A DNA stretch of 38,380 nucleotides from Chiloscyllium plagiosum (GCF_004010195.1 NW_025215319.1:42485-80864); one strand, 5' to 3'. Positions 11,330 to 23,139 are shown, counted from the stretch's first letter. The notes: a model not told the origin generated them from the letters alone. Translations and numbers: made by a program.

Positions 11330-13472
11330 CAGTCACAGATTCAAAGAGATGTACAGCGTGGAAAAAGTTCTTTCGGTCCAACCCATCCATGCCGACCAGA
11401 TAACACAAACCAATCGAGTCCCACCTTCCAGCACTCACCCCATATCCCTCTAAATCCTTTCTATTCATATACCTATCCAGACACAATCTAAATATTGCAA
11501 TTGTACTAACTTCCACCACTTCCTCTAGCAGCTCATTCCATACACAAAACACCCTCTGTGTGAAAAGGTTGCACCTTGCATCTCTTTTATATTTTTCCTT
11601 CCCAACCTAAACCTATGCCCTCTAGTTCTGGACTCCCCCACACCAGAGAAAAGACCTTATCTATCTCCCCATTCATGGCCCTCATGATTTTATAAACCTC
11701 TTTAAGGTCACCCCTCAGTCTCCAATGTTCCAGTGAAAATAGCCATAGCCCATTCAAACACCAGCTATAGCTCAAACCCTCCAACCTTGGCAACATCCTT
11801 GTAAATCTTCTTAGAACACTTTCAAGATTCACAACATCCTACCGATATGAAGGGGATCAGAATTGCACGCAATATTCCAAAAGTCACCTAACCAATGTCC
11901 TGTACAGCTGCAACATGACCTCGCAACTCATGTACTTAATGCTCTGACCAATTAAGGAAAGCATATCAAATGCCTTCTTCACTAACCTACCTACCTGTAC
12001 CTCTACTTTCAAGGAACAATGAACCTGCACTCCAAGGTCTCTTTGTTCAGCAACACTCCATTGGACATCACCATTAAGAGTATTAGTCCTGCTAAGATTT
12101 GCTTTCCCAAAATACAGCATCTCACAGTTATCTAAAGTAAACTCCATCTGCCACTCCTCAGCCCATTGGCCCATATGATCAAGATCCTCTTGTAATCTGA
12201 GGTAACCTTCTTCGCTGTCCAGTACACCTCCAATTTTGGTGTCATCAGTAAATTTGCTAAATATACCTCTTATACTCACATGCAAATCATTTATATAAAT
12301 AACAAAAAGTAGTGGACCCAGCACTGATCCTTGTGACTCTCCACTGGTCACATGCCTCCAATCTGAAAAAACAGCACTCCACCACCAGCCTCTGTCTTCT
12401 ACCTTTAGCTAGTTCTGTATCCAACTGGCTATTTCTCCCTGTACTCCTATGAGATCTAACCTTGCTAAACAGTCTCCCATGGGGAACCTTATCGAATGCC
12501 TTACTGACATCCATATAGATCACGTCCACCGCTCTGCTTTCATCAATCCACTTTGTTACTTCTGCAAAAAATTCAATCAAGTTTTTAGATTAGTTTACAT
12601 TACAGTGTGGAAACAGGCCCTTCGGCCCAACAAGTCCACACCGACCCGCCGAAGCCGAACCCACCCATTCATTTACCCCTTACCTAACACTACGGGGAAT
12701 TTAGCATGGCCAATTCACCTGACCTGCACATCTTTGGACTGTGGGAGGAAACCGGAGCACCCGGAGAAAACCTACGCAGACACGGGGAGAACGTGCAAAC
12801 TCCACACAGTCAGTCAACTGAGGTAGGAATTGAACCCGGGTCTCCGGCGCTGTGAGGCAGCAGTGCTAACCACTGTGCCAGCGTACCGCCGACAAAGTTA
12901 GTGAGACATCAATTTTCCACACACAAAGCCATGTTGACTATCCCTAATCAGTCTTTGCCTTTTCAAATACATGTTCATCCTGACCCTCAGGATTCCCTGC
13001 AAAAACACGCCCTCCACTGACTTCAGTCTCACTGGTCTATAGTTCCCTGGCTTGTCCTTACCACTTTTCTTAAACAGTGGCACCACGTTCGCCAACCTCC
13101 AGTCTTCTGGCACCTCACTTGTGGCAATCAATGGTACAAGTATCTCAGCAAGAGGCCCAGCGATCAGTTCTCTCGCTTCCCACAGAGTTCTATGCTACAC
13201 CTGATCGATCGGGTCCTGGGGATTTATCCACTTTTATTCATTTCAAGAAATCAGCACTTACTCCTCTGTAATATGAACATTTTTTAAGATGTCACCATCT
13301 ATTTCTCTGTCTATCTACATCGTCCATGTCCTTCTCCTGAGTAAACACTGATACAAAATACTCATTTAGTATCTCCCTTAACTCCTGCAGCTCTGCACAA
13401 AGGAAGTCTTGCTGAACTTTGAGAGCTCTATTCTCTCCCTATTTACCCTTTTGTCCTCAATGTATTTGTAAA
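11330..13472 (-). mobile_element. CR1 LINE (RT plus 3' tail), ends at N gap
   Basis: VPEDWRLANVVPLFKK, DVSKAFDKVPH, QGSVLGPLLFVIYINDL, KFTDDTK. Confidence 0.95.
12584..12892 (-). mobile_element. Full-length HE1 SINE nested in the CR1, AAGTT TSD
   Basis: A box (tggcacagtggttagc) and B box (gggttcaattcc) on the minus strand, V domain, tail; aagtt at 12579-12583 and 12895-12899. Confidence 0.95.
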
Positions 13473-13914
13473 NNNNNNNNNNNNNNNNNNNNNNNNNNNN
13501 NNNNNNNNNNNNNNNNNNNNNNNNNNNNNNNNNNNNNNNNNNNNNNNNNNNNNNNNNNNNNNNNNNNNNNNNNNNNNNNNNNNNNNNNNNNNNNNNNNNN
13601 NNNNNNNNNNNNNNNNNNNNNNNNNNNNNNNNNNNNNNNNNNNNNNNNNNNNNNNNNNNNNNNNNNNNNNNNNNNNNNNNNNNNNNNNNNNNNNNNNNNN
13701 NNNNNNNNNNNNNNNNNNNNNNNNNNNNNNNNNNNNNNNNNNNNNNNNNNNNNNNNNNNNNNNNNNNNNNNNNNNNNNNNNNNNNNNNNNNNNNNNNNNN
13801 NNNNNNNNNNNNNNNNNNNNNNNNNNNNNNNNNNNNNNNNNNNNNNNNNNNNNNNNNNNNNNNNNNNNNNNNNNNNNNNNNNNNNNNNNNNNNNNNNNNN
13901 NNNNNNNNNGTAAT

Positions 13915-14990
13915 CAGTTAGAGGTCAGTCACTTTGTAAATGATAGAGCGACAATGTATGTATTTGAATACTGAGATTCAATGTGTAATTGTGATCACCA
14001 AAATAGCCAGACATGTTCGTTTTCGATACAAAACAAAATGTGATTCCTTACTTTTGTATAATAAAAGGTTTTTCGTGTTTATGTTTTAATTCCATCAATA
14101 CAGAATCAACTTAATTGTTTTCAGAAATGATGCAGTTATTGTTCAGTTGAATAATTGTAGCTCATATCTTATTATTGCCCAATTTACAAACATGGCAAAC
14201 TCCTGATCATTGTTCAGATCAGTAAACCCATGACTTTGCATCATGACCAACATTAAAAGTGGATTCCAAAAGGCCTGAATTCGGGTAAAGTGCTACTGGA
14301 CCTCACAGCTGGCTGTAGCACTGAGTGAGACACTGGCCTGATCCTGAATCTGACCAGACAGTTTCCAACCTTGGTCAGGGCAGTTATTCAAACATTCTCT
14401 GACAGACATTCATTTGGGATCCGCCTTGAGCAGGAGGAAACTAGCCAACAGGCTATCACTGCTCTCAGTGTAGGTACAAATGCTGTCTAAATTAGATACC
14501 AATGACTGACCAGGAACCATGCCTTATAAATTCATCATCAGTCAGAACCTGGCCCAGGGAGCAGATATATGGACATGTAGTGTCATAATCACATCGCACT
14601 TGTTACTTGTGGTGATGACATCTGGCGTGACCTCCAGATTCCATACATCTGCCCCCTGGACCAGACACTGGGTGAAAACGTTCACAATTGACAGTCTATT
14701 GCAGCACCTTGTGCCTCACAGTGAACCCTCTGAAACTATATCCACTAAATGTACCTTCACATTAACCAGGATCAAAATAAGATTGTACATGCCTGTGGAT
14801 GCTCAGATACTAATTATAGGTCATCCAACAGAATGTAGCTGAAGAAACCAGGAGCAAATAGCAAGCCAAGAATAGTTTTAATAACTGAATTTGGTGGATT
14901 TTCTCTGCTCTTGGAAACCTCACATATTGTGCTGACATTCAGGTGAATGTAACAAAGTACATCAAAACTGGAAGTCTTGGTCTAACGCCC
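13915..14990 (+). pseudogene. Three tandem, intron-less V+J-type Ig domains (decayed)
   Basis: D1: IQC 13982, (W)YK 14024, SYLIIAQ, DHC 14211, FAS*PTLKV 14235. D2: LAVALSETL, DIH-W-IR 14415, FIISQ..DIWTC 14576, TCGDDI 14605. D3: LGENV, YC 14700, NYIH*, AKNSF, TYCA 14928. Cys-Cys ~76 codons in D1 and D3; D2's first Cys is inferred from a stop. Confidence 0.55.
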
Positions 14991-15087
14991 CACCCCAGAT
15001 TCCTGACCTTACAAACCTCACTCCCTCACCCGCCTCCCTCCCTCCCACATTCACCAGCCGACGAGAATCCACAAACTGAGTGAAACT

Positions 15088-16635
15088 TGGAACATAGAAC
15101 ATTACAGCACAGTTCAGGCGCTTCAGCTCTCAATGTTTTGGCAGCCTTTTATCCTACACTAAGATCAGACTAACCTACATAACCTTCAGTGTACTAACGT
15201 CCATGTGCCTGTCCAAGAGTCTTCTTAAATATCTCTAATGTATCTGACTCTACTGCCACCACTGGCGGTACATTCCGCCCCCACCACTTTCTGTGTAAAG
15301 AACCTATCTCTGACAGCCCCCGAAACCTTTCTCCAATCACCTTAAAATTACGGCCCTTGTTGATAGCCACTTCTGCCATGGGAAAAGACATTGGCTATCC
15401 AATCTATCTACGTCTCTCAACATCTTGTGCACCTCTATCAAGTCACCTCTCATCCTTCATCGCTCCAGGGAGAAAAGCCCCAGCTCCCTCAAACTTTCTC
15501 TCTAAGACATATCCTCCAGTCCTGGCAGCATCCTGGTAAATCTCCTCTACACACTGTCTGAGGCTTCCACATGTTTCCTATACTGAGGCAACCAGATCCG
15601 AACACAATACTCCTAGTGTGGTTGAACTCCTAGCTTTATTGACCTAAGCATTAACCTCGCCGCTCTTAAACACAATCCCCCATAATGAAAGCCAACACAC
15701 CATACACCTCCTTAACAACCTTATCAATGTCGGTGGCAACACTGAGGAAACTACGGACATGTACCCCAAGATCCCTGTTGCTCCACACAGCTAAGAATTA
15801 TGCCTTTAACCCTGTGTGCAAATGCAACCTTTCCAAATTAAATCAATTCACACTTTTAACGGTTAAACTCTAACTGCCACTTATCAGCCCAGCTCTGTAT
15901 CCCGTCAATGTCCTGTTGCAAACTACAACAACTCACCACACTATCCAGAACTCCATCAACCTTCATGTCATCGGCAAACTTTCTAACCCACCATTCCACT
16001 TCCTCATCAAAGTCATTTATAAAAATCACAAACAGCACAGGCCCCAGAACCGATCCCTGTGGAACGCCACTGCTCACTGACCTCCAGGCTGAATACTTTC
16101 CATCTGCTACCAGCCTCTGTCTTCTATGGGCCAGCCACGCCCGTATCCAGAGAGCCAAATTTCCCTGCGTCCCATGCCTCCTTAACTTCTGAATGAGCCC
16201 ACAAAGGGGAACCTTATCAAACGCCTTCTAAAATTCGTGTTCACCACATCTACTGGTCTATCTTCATCAACATGTTTTTTCACATCTTCAAATAATTCAA
16301 TAAGGTTTGTGAGGCATGACCTGCTCTTCAAAAAGCCATGCTGACCATACGATTTTTTTTAAGTAATTGTAAATCCTGTCTCTCAGAATCGTCTCCAATA
16401 ATTTGCCCTCCACTGGTGTAAGACTGACTGTTCTATCATTCCCAGGGTTATCCCTATTCCCTTCTCTGAACAAGGGGATAACATTTGCCACCCCCCCAAG
16501 CAACTGGCACTACTCCAGTGAACAGTGAAGACGCATATATTATTACCAAAGTCACACCAATCTCTTCCATCACCTCCTGGAGTAACCTTGTGTATACCTC
16601 CTCTGGCCCAGGGGATTTATCCATCCTTATGTTTG
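15088..16635 (-). mobile_element. CR1 LINE, 5' truncated
   Basis: SGVPQGSVLGPVLFVIFIND, KFADDMK; tail 'gaacatagaacattacagcacag'. Confidence 0.95.
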
Positions 16636-16639
16636 TAAT

Positions 16640-16800
16640 TCAATCAGTCTGTATTTCCCCTCAACCTGTCTACACCCTGTCCAACCAATTGATTGACTGC
16701 TTTCGTTTTCAGTGCTATATACAGTGCTGCCTTGCTGAGCAAGTATGGTTCGCAACGTCCTGCAAATCACAGAATCAAAAACAAAGGAAGGCACCAATGC
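16640..16800 (+). pseudogene. Possible transmembrane plus basic cytoplasmic segment of the Ig-like relic
   Basis: VYTLS / LTAFVFSAIYSAALL (16693-16737) / VWFATSCKSQNQKQRK across frameshifts. Confidence 0.35.
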
Positions 16801-16928
16801 CTTCCTGATAAAGACCTCATGCCAGAACTATCGACTCTCCTGCTCCTCGGATGCTGCTGACAGTGTGCTTTTCCAATACCACACTGTTCGACTCTGATCT
16901 GCATCAACTGCAGTCATCACTTTCTCCA
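16801..16928 (+). mobile_element. Penelope-like terminal repeat with decayed hammerhead core
   Basis: 'cctgataaagacctcatgccagaactatcgactctcctgctcctcggatgctgc..ctgcagtcatcactttctcc'; matches 21755 and reverse of 22678. Confidence 0.8.
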
Positions 16929-17169
16929 TTACTGAGGGCTGTCCCCTCTGCACACTGAGGGGGGCGGGGGGAATTAACCATCAGATACTCATTGTATGTG
17001 GGGCTGACTGCTCTATTCTGGAAAGTTGCACTTGATGAATACATTCATTTAAAAAACAAATACAATTCAACAAATATTCATTCAGTCCCAGAGTTACAAT
17101 TTTGGTTCATGGTTTGGGCAGCCTGATAACAAATAGTGAATGATTGAGGAACTCCGATACACAGAGTAT

Positions 17170-17575
17170 TCCAGGTGTTATATTCCAGCTTACATTAATG
17201 CTGGGAGTATTATCAGACAGACTGTTGTGACAATGGCATGAGTCGACATGTGGAGGTGGAATATTTTTTGCCATCATAGAGACGTGTTTGAGGGAGGTCA
17301 GGGCTAACAACTCAAAATTCTGTTGTACTGGAACTATAGTCAGGAGAGGAGAGGGTGTTAAAGAGGAGGTGGTGTTGCATTATTAATTAAAGAACAGTTA
17401 CTGCAGTAAGGAGGGACGATATCTTGGACGTGTCTTCAAATGGGTCATTATGGGTCGAGGTGAGGTTCCAAACGATGACAGGCACACTGCTGAGGATATT
17501 TTATGTAGCCCCAGAAAGATGAAAATGCAGGAGCAAATATATAACCAATGCACTGAGATGTGTAAAGACCAATTC
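17170..17575 (+). mobile_element. CR1 ORF2 N-terminal endonuclease fragment
   Basis: YINAGSI, AIIETCL, RGGGVALLIK, Y..P motifs. Confidence 0.8.
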
Positions 17576-17584
17576 ACTGAGGTG

Positions 17585-18915
17585 TGAAGGAAACCAGGCT
17601 GGAGATGTTACAGAGATAGGAAAGCAAAGCNNNNNNNNNNNNNNNNNNNNNNNNNNNNNNNNNNNNNNNNNNNNNNNNNNNNNNNNNNNNNNNNNNNNNN
17701 NNNNNNNNNNNNNNNNNNNNNNNNNNNNNNNNNNNNNNNNNNNNNNNNNNNNNNNNNNNNNNNNNNNNNNNNNNNNNNNNNNNNNNNNNNNNNNNNNNNN
17801 NNNNNNNNNNNNNNNNNNNNNNNNNNNNNNNNNNNNNNNNNNNNNNNNNNNNNNNNNNNNNNNNNNNNNNNNNNNNNNNNNNNNNNNNNNNNNNNNNNNN
17901 NNNNNNNNNNNNNNNNNNNNNNNNNNNNNNNNNNNNNNNNNNNNNNNNNNNNNNNNNNNNNNNNNNNNNNNNNNNNNNNNNNNNNNNNNNNNNNNNNNNN
18001 NNNNNNNNNNNNNNNNNNNNNNNNNNNNNNNNNNNNNNNNNNNNNNNNNNNNNNNNNNNNNNNNNNNNNNNNNNNNNNNNNNNNNNNNNNNNNNNNNNNN
18101 NNNNNNNNNNNNNNNNNNNNNNNNNNNNNNNNNNNNNNNNNNNNNNNNNNNNNNNNNNNNNNNNNNNNNNNNNNTGGAGATGTTACAGAGAGAGGAAAGC
18201 AAGGTTGGAGACGTTATAGAGAGAAGGAAATAAGGCTGGCGATGTTACAGCGATAGGAAAGCAAGGCTGGAGATGTTACAGAGAGAGAGGAAAGCAAGGC
18301 TGGAGATGTTACAGCGATAGGAAAGCAAGGCTGTGGAGATGTTATAGGGAGAGGAAAGCAAGGCTGGAGATGTTACAGAGAGAGAGGAAAGCAAGGCTGG
18401 AGATGTTACAGATACAGAGGAAAGCAAGGTTGGAGACGTTACAGAGAGAAGGAAATAAGGCTGGCGATGTTACAGTGATAGGAAAGCAAGGCTGGAGATG
18501 TTACAGAGAGAAGAAAATAAGGCGGGCGATATTACAGAGAGAGGAAAGCAAGGCTGGACATGTTACAGAGATGCGAAAGCAAGGCTGGCGATGCTACAGA
18601 GAGATAGGAAAGCATGGCTGGAGATGTTAAAGAGAGATAGGAAAGCAAGGCAGGAGATGTTACTGAATTAGAAAAGCAAGGCTGGAGATGTTACAGAGAG
18701 AGAGGAAAGCAAGGCTGGAGATGTTACAAAGAGAGGAAAGCAAGGCAGGAGATGTTACAGAGAGAGAGGAAAGCAAGGCTGGACATGTTACAGAGATGCG
18801 AAAGCAAGGCTGGCGATGTTACAGAGAGAGGGAAGCAAGGCTGGCGATGTTACAGAGAGAGGCAAGCAAGGCTGGAGATGTTACAGAGAGAGGAAAGCAA
18901 GGCTGGAGGTGGTCG
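17585..18915. repeat. ~28-30 bp minisatellite (ggaaagcaaggctggagatgttacagaga[ga]), includes N gap 17631-18174
   Basis: Direct tandem periodicity; decays into related units up to ~19180. Confidence 0.95.
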
Positions 18916-21074
18916 AGAGATAGCGTGGCCTGTGCATGCTAGAACATGTTACTGAGATATTTTATAATTCATTCAAAAGATATGGGGTGAGGTGTAGCAG
19001 CTAGATATTAGAGAGATAGGGAGGCGTGCGGGGGCTGGCGGAATTTACAGTGAGAGGTGGGGCTGGAGTATGAGATAAAGATTATGGAGATACGGAGGGT
19101 TACTGAGATACATATGGATGTAGCGGCTGGAGGAGATGACAGGGAAAGATACAGAGATACACGTAGATATTTTAAAAACTGAATTATGCAATGTCTTAAT
19201 AGAGAAAATATTGTAGAAATCTGTGGAATAGACAAGGCACTTGGAGGAACTGAAGGAGTGAGACCTTGGACTGTCCAATCACATGAGCCATAGAGTGAGT
19301 GACATACAGTACAGAAGAGGCCATTCGATTGATAGTGACAAAAATTAAAAGCAGTGCAGACACTGGAAATCCCTCCTTCCTAATGTCTGGGGACTAGGGC
19401 GAGATGTGGGAAAGGCATTCAACAGACTCCTCAAGCAACAATGTGACATAACGAAACCTCATGGTGTCAGATCAAACACTGAAATGGAAACCTCCTGATG
19501 ACTCCACTGCCTGAGCTGGTGGATCAGTGTCCCACTACATTGAACAACACTTGGATAACGCACTGACAGAGTGAATGAGCTGGGGAATGTATACTTGGTG
19601 GGCCATTTCAAACCCCACCACCAAGAGTGGCTCAGCAGCAGCATTGCTGATCGAGATGGTGGGGTCCAAAAGGACATAGCTGCTGGACTGGGGCTGCACA
19701 GAATCGGGAGGGAAAGACTGACAGGTAGAAACATGCTTGACCTCATCCGCACCAAACTACCGGCTGCAGACACATTGATTGAGGACCATTTTGGGAATAG
19801 TGACAGGGTATACAGTATTTCTACAGAGAAAGTCCCACTTTTACATTGTCAATAGTGTGTGTGCGTGTGTGTGCACACACATGCATGAGAGCACATGTGA
19901 GAAATACTATCATCATGCTAAATGGTAAAGATTTCAAAGAGATCTAGAACACAGCACTGGCCTGTGTGAGGTGATTCTGGTCATTACCAACAGCAGCAGA
20001 ATTGTACTCTCGCACAATTTTCACTGTCGCTGCCTGGCATATGCCCCACTTTACCCTGACCATCAGGTCAGCGGTTAAACCCTTGTTTTATGAGGAACAC
20101 AGGAGGACCGGTCAAGAGCGGCACCAGGTATACCTCACAATGAAGTGACGTTACCAAACAGGACCACTTACTCACCAAGAAGCGTAAACAGCCAGTGACA
20201 GACAGATCTAACCAACAAATTATACCTAATTTCTGCAATCCTGATGCATGCAATCAGCGTGAATTGTGTGGTCAATCAAACAACTCACTGGAAGAGTAGG
20301 ATCCACAAATATCACCCTTCTCAACGATGAAAGGGCCCAGTACAACAATAGAAAAGCGAAGGCTGAAACATTCACAAAAATTTTCAGACCAAAGTGTCGA
20401 TGGGATGATCTATTTTAGTCTTCTCCAGATGGCAGTCATCAGCCAAGTCTATTCACTGTGTGTGGTAACTCCAAACGGCTGAACGGATGGGGAATGCAAA
20501 GGCTGTGTGCCCTGAGAACATTCCATTCAAGCTTTTCCTGCAGGGATACAGCACTGGCACCAACTTGACAATGTGGGAACTATCAGGGTGTGTCCTGTAC
20601 ACACACAGACAAAACATCAGACAATCAATGAATGCCCCATTGCTCTAATTCCCAACATTAATAAAGTGATGGAAGATGTCATCTACAGTGGGATCAAGCA
20701 GCACTGCCTCAACACCAACCTGCTCGCTGAAGCTCAGTTTGGGCTCTCATCCTTTGGGCACATTGAAGCCTTGGTTTAACGATGTACAACAAGAGAACAC
20801 ACAGCTGAATTCACGAGTTGAGGTGACAGTGACTGCACTTAACATCATCATAACTGTATTTGACCAAGTGTCGTATTCTGGATTAACAGCAAAAACTGGA
20901 GCAAATATGAATCGTCTGCACTGGCTGAAGTTATACCTTGTACAAAGAAAGGTGGCTGGGGTTGGTGGGGAGCAGCCATCTCAGCTCCGCCGCAGGTCCC
21001 CAGGGGAGGGGTTTCTGAGTAAACCTGTAGACCAGAAATGGAAAGGCAGGGCACCATAGACCAACAGGATGATA

Positions 21075-21270
21075 GGGTTGTTCTCTTGTTAGATAGATGC
21101 GACTAGCGGCAGTTTAACTGAACAATCATCATGCCTCAAGCAAGGGAGAGGATGAGTAAGACAGCCCTTTTCAGGCACCTCATTCAGTGCTGGAACTGAA
21201 CCCACACTGTTGGCATTAATCTGCATTACCAACTAGCCGTCCAACTGATTGAGCTAACCATGTCCTCGCA
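21075..21270 (-). mobile_element. tRNA-derived SINE nested in the LINE
   Basis: Minus strand 'ggttagctcaatcagttgg' (A box) and 'gggttcagttcc' (B box). Confidence 0.7.
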
Positions 21271-21752
21271 CAGCTCCTTTGGGAAGATACTGCAACATTA
21301 TTCTGTTTAGCTATGTTGTTAGACAGCTTTGGAGCAGGTGGAACTGGAAGCAGGCTTCCTAGCTTAGAGAGAGGGACAGCATCAGTGAGCTGTAACAGTT
21401 TTCTCTGCCCTCGGCCCAATAATTTTCAGCTGCTTCATAAATGACCACCCCCTACTCAAGTCAAGTCACAACTGGGGATGTTTGCCAATGATTGGACAAT
21501 GTTCAACACCATTCGTGATTTACTCAGATACTGGAGCAGTCCTTGTCCAAATGCAACAGGTCCTGGAACTATGCAGATGTGTGCTTAACAGTGACAAGTG
21601 CCATACACATGCCAGACAACGATTACCTCTGACAATAGAAAAGTGTACCATATCATTTAATGTTCAATGCCACCACCATCACTGAACACCCACCTAGCAA
21701 TATCCCGGGGATTACCGTTAACCAGAACTGGACAGACCATATAATTTCATTA

Positions 21753-21846
21753 CCCAGTCCTGTGAAGGGCTTATGCTAAACGTCGACTCTCCTGTACCAC
21801 AGGTGCTGCCTGACCTGTTGTGCTTTTCCAGCCCCACACTTTGACA
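21753..21846 (+). mobile_element. Penelope terminal fragment with imperfect ~14-bp flanking duplication
   Basis: 'cctgtgaagggcttatgctaaacgtcgactctcctg'; flanks catataatttcatt / catattaattcatt. Confidence 0.75.
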
Positions 21847-22369
21847 CATATTAATTCATTGGCGACAAGAATATGTCAGGGGCAAGAAATCCTACAGGAT
21901 TGACTCACCTCAAAATTTCGGAAAGCCTGTCTCCCATCAAAAAGACTCATGTTGAATGTGTGTGTGATTGAATACCTCCATTTGCGTGTGTGAGTGCAGC
22001 TTCACCCCTCATCCACTGACACTGAGTAACAGCAACACCTGCCATCTACATGGTGCTCTGCAGAAATTTGCCAAGGCTCCTTACAACGTACCTCTGAACC
22101 CACAACCATCACGAAGGACAAGGGAAGCAGATACATGGGACCACCATGTTCGCGTTCCAATCCAAGCCATTTACCGAGCTGATTGGGAAGCATATTGCCG
22201 TTCTTTCAGTATCACTGTATCAAATTCATCCCTTATGGTGTTGTAAGTCTACCTACAGCACATGGGCTGCAGCGGGTCAATATGACAGCTCACGCCCACC
22301 TTCTCAAGGGCAACAAGGGACAGGCAATAAATACTGGCCGTATCATATTCCATGAATAAATTAGCATGT

Positions 22370-22630
22370 AAAATATTGTCCAGACCTGCCGAATTCTGGA
22401 TACTGTACTTTGGGTTTTGTGAGCTCTGGCTGGTTGGGTCCAGGCAGTAACCTATTTGTTGGAAACACCTGAAGGAATATGCTGTTTGAAACAATCGGAC
22501 AGTCTCTCAGAGGCATGGCCTGCATACCGAGCATCACACAGACACTGACAGTCACATCCCACATTACTGAGCTCCGGGACAGACAGAGGCAATTGAAAAT
22601 ATACTCATGTCTGACTAACATGTTTAATAA
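22370..22630 (+). pseudogene. Antigen-receptor-like V segment pseudogene; 5' end cut by the LINE
   Basis: TCRIL (Cys 22387), in-frame WVQ 16 codons later, GNT*RNMLF, SLRG..IP, HITELR, IYSC (Cys 22608), heptamer 20 nt after the Cys codon. Confidence 0.6.
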
Positions 22631-22657
22631 CACAGTGATACTGTTGCCACGAAGATG
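22631..22657 (+). promoter_or_regulatory. Degenerate 12-type recombination signal sequence
   Basis: Perfect CACAGTG, 11-nt spacer starting ATA, then acgaagatg (5/9 match to ACAAAAACC). Confidence 0.5.
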
Positions 22658-22677
22658 ATTATGAGTGAATATTAGCA

Positions 22678-22781
22678 GGGGGAAAGTGAGGACTGCAGAT
22701 ACTGGAGATTAGAGTCAAAAAGTGTGGTTCTGAAAAAGCACAGCCATTCAGGCAGCATCTGGGGAGCAAGAGAGTCGACTA
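22678..22781 (-). mobile_element. Penelope terminal fragment
   Basis: Reverse complement of the 16830-16928 repeat. Confidence 0.8.
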
Positions 22782-22824
22782 TAAGTTCAAAATATTAATA
22801 CAAGAGAAATAATTGTATATTTTC

Positions 22825-23139
22825 AAAGTCCTTGTATTTAATAATAATTTGGTCTTGGGTGTGGGAATAAGATTTATCATTTCAATGCTCCTTACTGTGA
22901 GTTGTGCACTGTTTTCACATAATGTTGTTATAAAAGTGAACGGAATAAATGGGTGGATTTTAGATTAGATTACATTACAGTGAGGAAACGTAATCTAATC
23001 TAAAATCCACCCATTTATTTCGTTCACCTTTACAACAACATTATGATGAAAGCCGTGCACAACTCACAGTAAGGAGCACTGAAATGATAAATCTCATTCC
23101 CACACCCAAGACCAAATTATTATTAAGTATAAGGACTTT
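22825..23139. repeat. Long inverted repeat: arms 22825-22973 and 22990-23139, 16-nt loop
   Basis: By-eye alignment shows about 9 substitutions and 1 indel over ~150 bp; centre is an HE1 tail stub. Confidence 0.97.

Larger units (their letters stand above)
19370..22360 (+). mobile_element. Near ORF2-length, degraded CR1/L2-group non-LTR element with nested insertions
   Basis: NVYLVGHFKPHHQEWL (endonuclease), NMLDL, EAQFG, ALNI..VFDQV, FINDH; tail 'cttctcaagggcaacaagggacaggcaataaatactggcc'. Confidence 0.8.

Noticed and set aside
13419..13913. Long ORFs spanning N runs (also 4396-4722, 17501-18202)
   Set aside because: Assembly-gap artefacts
18175..18955. Repetitive ORFs and CRISPR-like periodicity (also 24363-24977, 31672-31974, 34730-35053)
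   Set aside because: Head-to-tail minisatellites without unique spacers in a vertebrate genome; the ORFs are by-products
22870..22915. D-segment-like tactgtg..cac motif in the palindrome arm
   Set aside because: Heptamers and nonamers too poor to support
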